Positions 60,015 through 64,000 of a stretch of 64,000 nucleotides of DNA are shown here, in pieces. Position numbers and translations under genes: made by a program. The stretch is from an uncultured Planctomycetaceae bacterium (lineage in GTDB: Bacteria; Planctomycetota; Planctomycetia; Pirellulales; PALSA-1355): NCBI GenBank assembly GCA_963785305.1, contig CAWAUV010000008.1:96001-160000 (forward strand), given 5' to 3'. A model generated the notes under the pieces. It saw nothing but the letters and a program-made list of their open reading frames with translations, had not been told where the DNA came from and ran no database searches. Every line of letters starts with the position of its first letter. The stretch's first letter is position 1.

Positions 60015-61802
60015 TTAGCGCGTCGCCGGAGGCGGTCCCACGCCGACCGGCGGCAGATATCGCGGACGCACCGTGTTAACCGCCAGGATCGGGCCGGTCT
60101 GGCGGAAATCCGCCAGCTCCTGAGCCGGATAGCCGAGCGCGTGGTATAAGCGGAACTGCGCCTGGTTGTATTCGCCGACGTTGATCCAGTAGTGATCGTA
60201 AGCCAACTTCAACAGTTTCAGGGAAAACACGGCATCCTGCGGCCGGAAGACCAACTGCAGAACATTGCCGAACCGTTTGGTTTGTCCCAGCCCTCTGACG
60301 ACGCCCGTGTAATTGATGAGCGCTCCCTGCAGTTCGCGCTCGGCTTGCACGACGCGCGCCGCCGCCGATTGGAGTCGGGCTTGCGATCGCGTCACGTCGG
60401 CGGCTACTAAATCCTGTGCCTTGAACAATTGCACGATCGCCCCAGAGGCGTCGCCGCGCATCCATTTGACCATGGCCGCGTTGCCCATGCCCAACGAATC
60501 GAATTGAAACATCATGCCGGGGGCAAAGTCGTCTCGCGCCGACCAGTTGTTCAAGGCGTTGCCCGAGCCGATGCCGTTGACTCCGAACTGGAGTTGCTCA
60601 TAGGGAGTCTGAAAGCCGTTCATCATCAAGATCGGGAGGAAGGGACGCAGCTTCTCCTTGCGAATGTTCACCAGCGCCGCCTGAACCAGCGCTTGCTGCG
60701 ACGCCAATTCAGGTCGGTTGGTCAAGGCGATCGGCATCAGATCGTCGAGTGGACGAGCGGGGTCGATCAGCGTGATCTGCAAGTGATCCGGTTCCAGGGG
60801 CTCAGCCACCGCGCGCGGGTCCAATCGGAGCACTTCGGTCAGGTTGGCGCTGGCTTTTCTCCAATTCTGCCGCGCGACGACCGCCTCCTGCTCCATTTCC
60901 GCGAGAAAGTTGCGGGCGCGATCGATTTCAACGGCCGGCACGAGGTCGTGGCTCAATTGGGCGATTTGCGCGACCAGCCGGCGCCCTTTGACGACCGTGT
61001 CGATAGCGCCGCCATACGTTCCTCGCCACTTGTGTACCTCGAAGTAGGCGTCGGACGACATGAGCAAGGCGTCATTTTTCGCCTTCTGGATATTCACGCG
61101 GGCCGAGTCGAGATTCTGCCGCGCGGCCAGCGGTTGAAAAATCATGTCCGTCGAATACTGCATTAAGAAGAAGGCGCCGCCCGCATAGAGAAAATTGATA
61201 TGTTGGTCGAGCGGCCTTCCGAATGAATTCGGGTCGGGCTGACCGAGGGCGTTGACGCCGATGGGCACGTTTTGACCGTTCAGCGTGTCCGGCCCGTTGC
61301 CGTCGTGGCGAGTGTAGTCGACCCCGAGATTCAAGCTCGGAATCCAGATTGTCTTGGCGCTTTGGAGCCGAGCCTCGGCAACCCAGGCGCTCGCCTGCGC
61401 GGCGGCGATCACGAGCGGTCGCTCATCGGCCAATCGCAAAGCGGTCGCCAGGTTGATCGGAAAGCGGAGATCTCCGGGTTCGGGCGCGGGCAGTTCCAGG
61501 TTTACGACTTCTCCGCCAGGCGGCGGCGGATTTTCCAAGGGAGATAGCGTGGCGGGGTTGGCGGGTAGCGTTCCAACGATTGGCGTGGGCGTCGTCTCGC
61601 TCACGCCGGGTTGCTCAGCCCGGTTTCCTGGCGGCGCGGCCTCAGGCCTTGGAGGAGGCAACGCCGCACGCGGCGGTGAAAGTTGCGCCGGGGCGGCCAA
61701 TGGCGGAGACCCCACCCCTTCGGCGCGACAGGGCGCGTTGCTCTCGCAAAGCGCCAGGCTCGTGAAGATAGCCAGCGATCGGAGGGATAGTGGCATTGTC
61801 AT
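60015..61802 (-). CDS. TolC/OEP family outer membrane protein, paralog 2
   Basis: Same motifs as its neighbours; AAAGGAG RBS; signal peptide and Pro-rich linker. Confidence 0.85.
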   Translation of the reverse strand: MTMPLSLRSLAIFTSLALCESNAPCRAEGVGSPPLAAPAQLSPPRAALPPPRPEAAPPGNRAEQPGVSETTPTPIVGTLPANPATLSPLENPPPPGGEVVNLELPAPEPGDLRFPINLATALRLADERPLVIAAAQASAWVAEARLQSAKTIWIPSLNLGVDYTRHDGNGPDTLNGQNVPIGVNALGQPDPNSFGRPLDQHINFLYAGGAFFLMQYSTDMIFQPLAARQNLDSARVNIQKAKNDALLMSSDAYFEVHKWRGTYGGAIDTVVKGRRLVAQIAQLSHDLVPAVEIDRARNFLAEMEQEAVVARQNWRKASANLTEVLRLDPRAVAEPLEPDHLQITLIDPARPLDDLMPIALTNRPELASQQALVQAALVNIRKEKLRPFLPILMMNGFQTPYEQLQFGVNGIGSGNALNNWSARDDFAPGMMFQFDSLGMGNAAMVKWMRGDASGAIVQLFKAQDLVAADVTRSQARLQSAAARVVQAERELQGALINYTGVVRGLGQTKRFGNVLQLVFRPQDAVFSLKLLKLAYDHYWINVGEYNQAQFRLYHALGYPAQELADFRQTGPILAVNTVRPRYLPPVGVGPPPATR

Positions 61803-61831
61803 GGCTCCTTTTTCCATCGCCCATTTTTCTT

Positions 61832-63839
61832 TTAGCGCGTCGGCCGCGGCGGTCCCACGTCCACCCGCGGCAAATACTCCGGCCGCTCGGTGTCGACCGG
61901 CAGAATGTCGCCCGGCGGCCGAAGGAACGCCAACTCGCGGTTGGGATAGCCGACCGCGTGGAAGAGCATGAACTGCGCCGTGTTGTAGTCGGCGACCGCG
62001 TTGAAGTACTCGTCAAACGCCAAGTTCAGCAACTTGAGCGCGTAGACGACTTCCTGCGGCCGATAGACCAATTCAAGAACATTGTCGAACCGCTTCGTTT
62101 GTCCGAGACCCGCGACATTCTTTTGATAGGTGACAAGTCCCGTTCGCAAGGAGCGTTCGGACTGAACGACTCGCGCCGCGGCCGACTGAATCTGAGCCTG
62201 GGCCTCGGTGATTTCCGCCGCCACCATGTCTTGCGTCTCCATGAGCTTGACCGTGGCTTGCGATTGTTCGCCGCGACGTTTCTTGACCAACGCCATGTTG
62301 CCGAAGCCGAAGCTATCCAACTGCCAAACGATTTGCCCGCTAATGTCGTCGCGAAAGCTCCAAAAGTTCATCTTGCCGTCCGCGCCCGTGCCGAAGATCG
62401 AAGCCTCGGGCACCATGCCACCGGGAGTTTGAAAGCCGGTGATCAAAATCGTCGGGAGCATCGGGCGCATTTTCTCTTGGCGAATGCGGATCAGCGCCCT
62501 GTTGACGTCGGCTTGGTAGGCGGCCAACTCGGGGCGATTGCGCAGCCCGATGGGTATTAAATCATCGAGCGAACGCGAGGGGTCGATCAAGGTGACCTGG
62601 AGATGATCCTGCTCCAGCGGCTCGCACACGGCCCGCGGATCCAAGCGAAGAACCATCGTGAAATCCGCGCTCGCCACGCGCCAGTTCTCGCGCCGAGACG
62701 GCCTGCTGCTCGAGGTAGGCCAACAAGTTTCGGGCACGATCGACTTCGACCGCGGGAACTAGGTCCTTGCTAAGGGCGTCAAGCTTGGCGATCAGGTTGC
62801 GCCCCTCGCCGACCGTGTACAACGCGCCGGCATACTGCCCGCGATAACGATGGATATTGAAATAAGACCGAGCGACCTCGAGCACGACGTCGTTTTTCGC
62901 GGTCTGGACATCCCAACGTCTGGCATCCACGACTTGCCGCGCGGCCAAGGGCTGAAAGATGGCGTCGGTCGTGGCCACGACCTGGTACAAGCTGACGCCG
63001 GCGATGAACCAGTTGACGTTCTGGTTGAGGGGCTTTCCGAAACTCGTCGGCGCCGGTTGCCCGTAGATGTTCGTTCCTTGCGGCACGTTAAGACCCTGAT
63101 TGAAGTCCACGGGGCCGTCGTGCCGCATATAGCTGCTCGCCACCATGAACGCGGGAACCCACAGCACCTTCGCTTTCTGCAGTTGTCCCTCGGCCGACCA
63201 GACGCTCGCTTGGGCCGCGGTGATGATCAAGGGCCGGGCATCAGCCAGCCGCAAGGCGGTAGCCAAGTTGATGGGAAAGCGAAGATCGCCGGCCGCCATG
63301 GGTGGCAGTGGCAATCGGATCGTCTCGCCACCCGGAGGTGGTGGCAACTCAAGCGATGATTTCTCGCTCGGCTGGGCGGGCCGGTTGAGCGGCGCCGGTG
63401 TTTGGAGCCGAGGTCCGCCCGGGAAGGGCGAGGAGCGCCCATCGATTCAGGGGCAACCAGCGGCGCCGGCGGTGGCAGCAGCGCCGGCTGTGGCCGCAAT
63501 TGGGGCGATGCGTCGGGGAGCGCCGGTCCGCCGAAAGTTGCTGGCCGCACATGCCCGTCGGCCACCGGCGTCGCTGGCGATCCATTCGCCGGCCGAGGCA
63601 CGAGCCGTTTGGCTGGCGGCCGCGGTGCTCGCAGAATGTCCTTGCTGTTGCAGCGGCCCAACCGGCGGCAGTGGCACGACTTGGCCGTAGGACGGCGCGT
63701 CGGGACCCGCGGCGATCGTCGCTTGCGTCCGGAGCGAATGAGCCATGCCCACGAGGGCCCCGAAGGAGACAACGGCAAATGCAAAGCTGCCTCGCCAGCG
63801 ACTGCCTTTCGACGCGGCCTGGGTGTTTCGTCTAAACAT
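61832..63839 (-). CDS. TolC/OEP family outer membrane protein, paralog 1 (frameshifts near 63450, 63350 and 62690)
   Basis: ORFs 63447..63839, 62562..63347 and 61832..62737 join into a protein colinear with the other two. Confidence 0.8.
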
Positions 63840-64000
63840 ACCAACTCGCGCTCAACAACCTCGTTCGTCGAAACTAGTACATGCTTCGTCTATCCATCCA
63901 CGGCAGAATCAAAAAAACGGTCAAAATCCAGAAAGCCAGCACCGTGACTACAAACGGGATATTCGACACTTGCCAGAACGGACATTTTCTGGCCGTCTCG

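Overview
GC-rich bacterial chromosomal window, most likely from a planctomycete (DUF1501, two DUF1080 proteins, DUF6807/PmoA-like protein, planctomycete-type dockerin, PEP-CTERM tail). In order it holds: the end of an opp/dpp ABC operon; a DUF4112 gene; a Tad/Flp pilin cluster with no motor genes in the window; a TIGR03790-like gene; an M16 zinc protease; a secretin-like protein; a GT4 glycosyltransferase; a DUF4430 + DUF6580-like pair; csbD. A rearranged accessory block follows (about 21.9-29.6 kb) with an RHS remnant, two inverted 1.1-kb internally deleted IS66-family elements enclosing a membrane gene whose 3' part lies upstream of a matching 5' part, and a 5'-truncated RHS toxin gene. Then come groES-groEL, a CAP-dockerin-PEP-CTERM protein, an aquaglyceroporin coupled to a COG0523 GTPase, DUF1501, DUF1080, a fatty acid desaturase, acs, bshB1, a trypsin-like protease, a lipoprotein-small ORF-xerC trio, a GAF/degenerate SpoIIE protein, folP, a WD40 protein and three tandem paralogous TolC-family genes with a Pro/Tyr-rich secreted protein. 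About 20 otherwise intact genes carry isolated frameshifts, most likely long-read assembly indels, so they are called as CDS. Family assignments come from motif recognition by eye; no searches were run.
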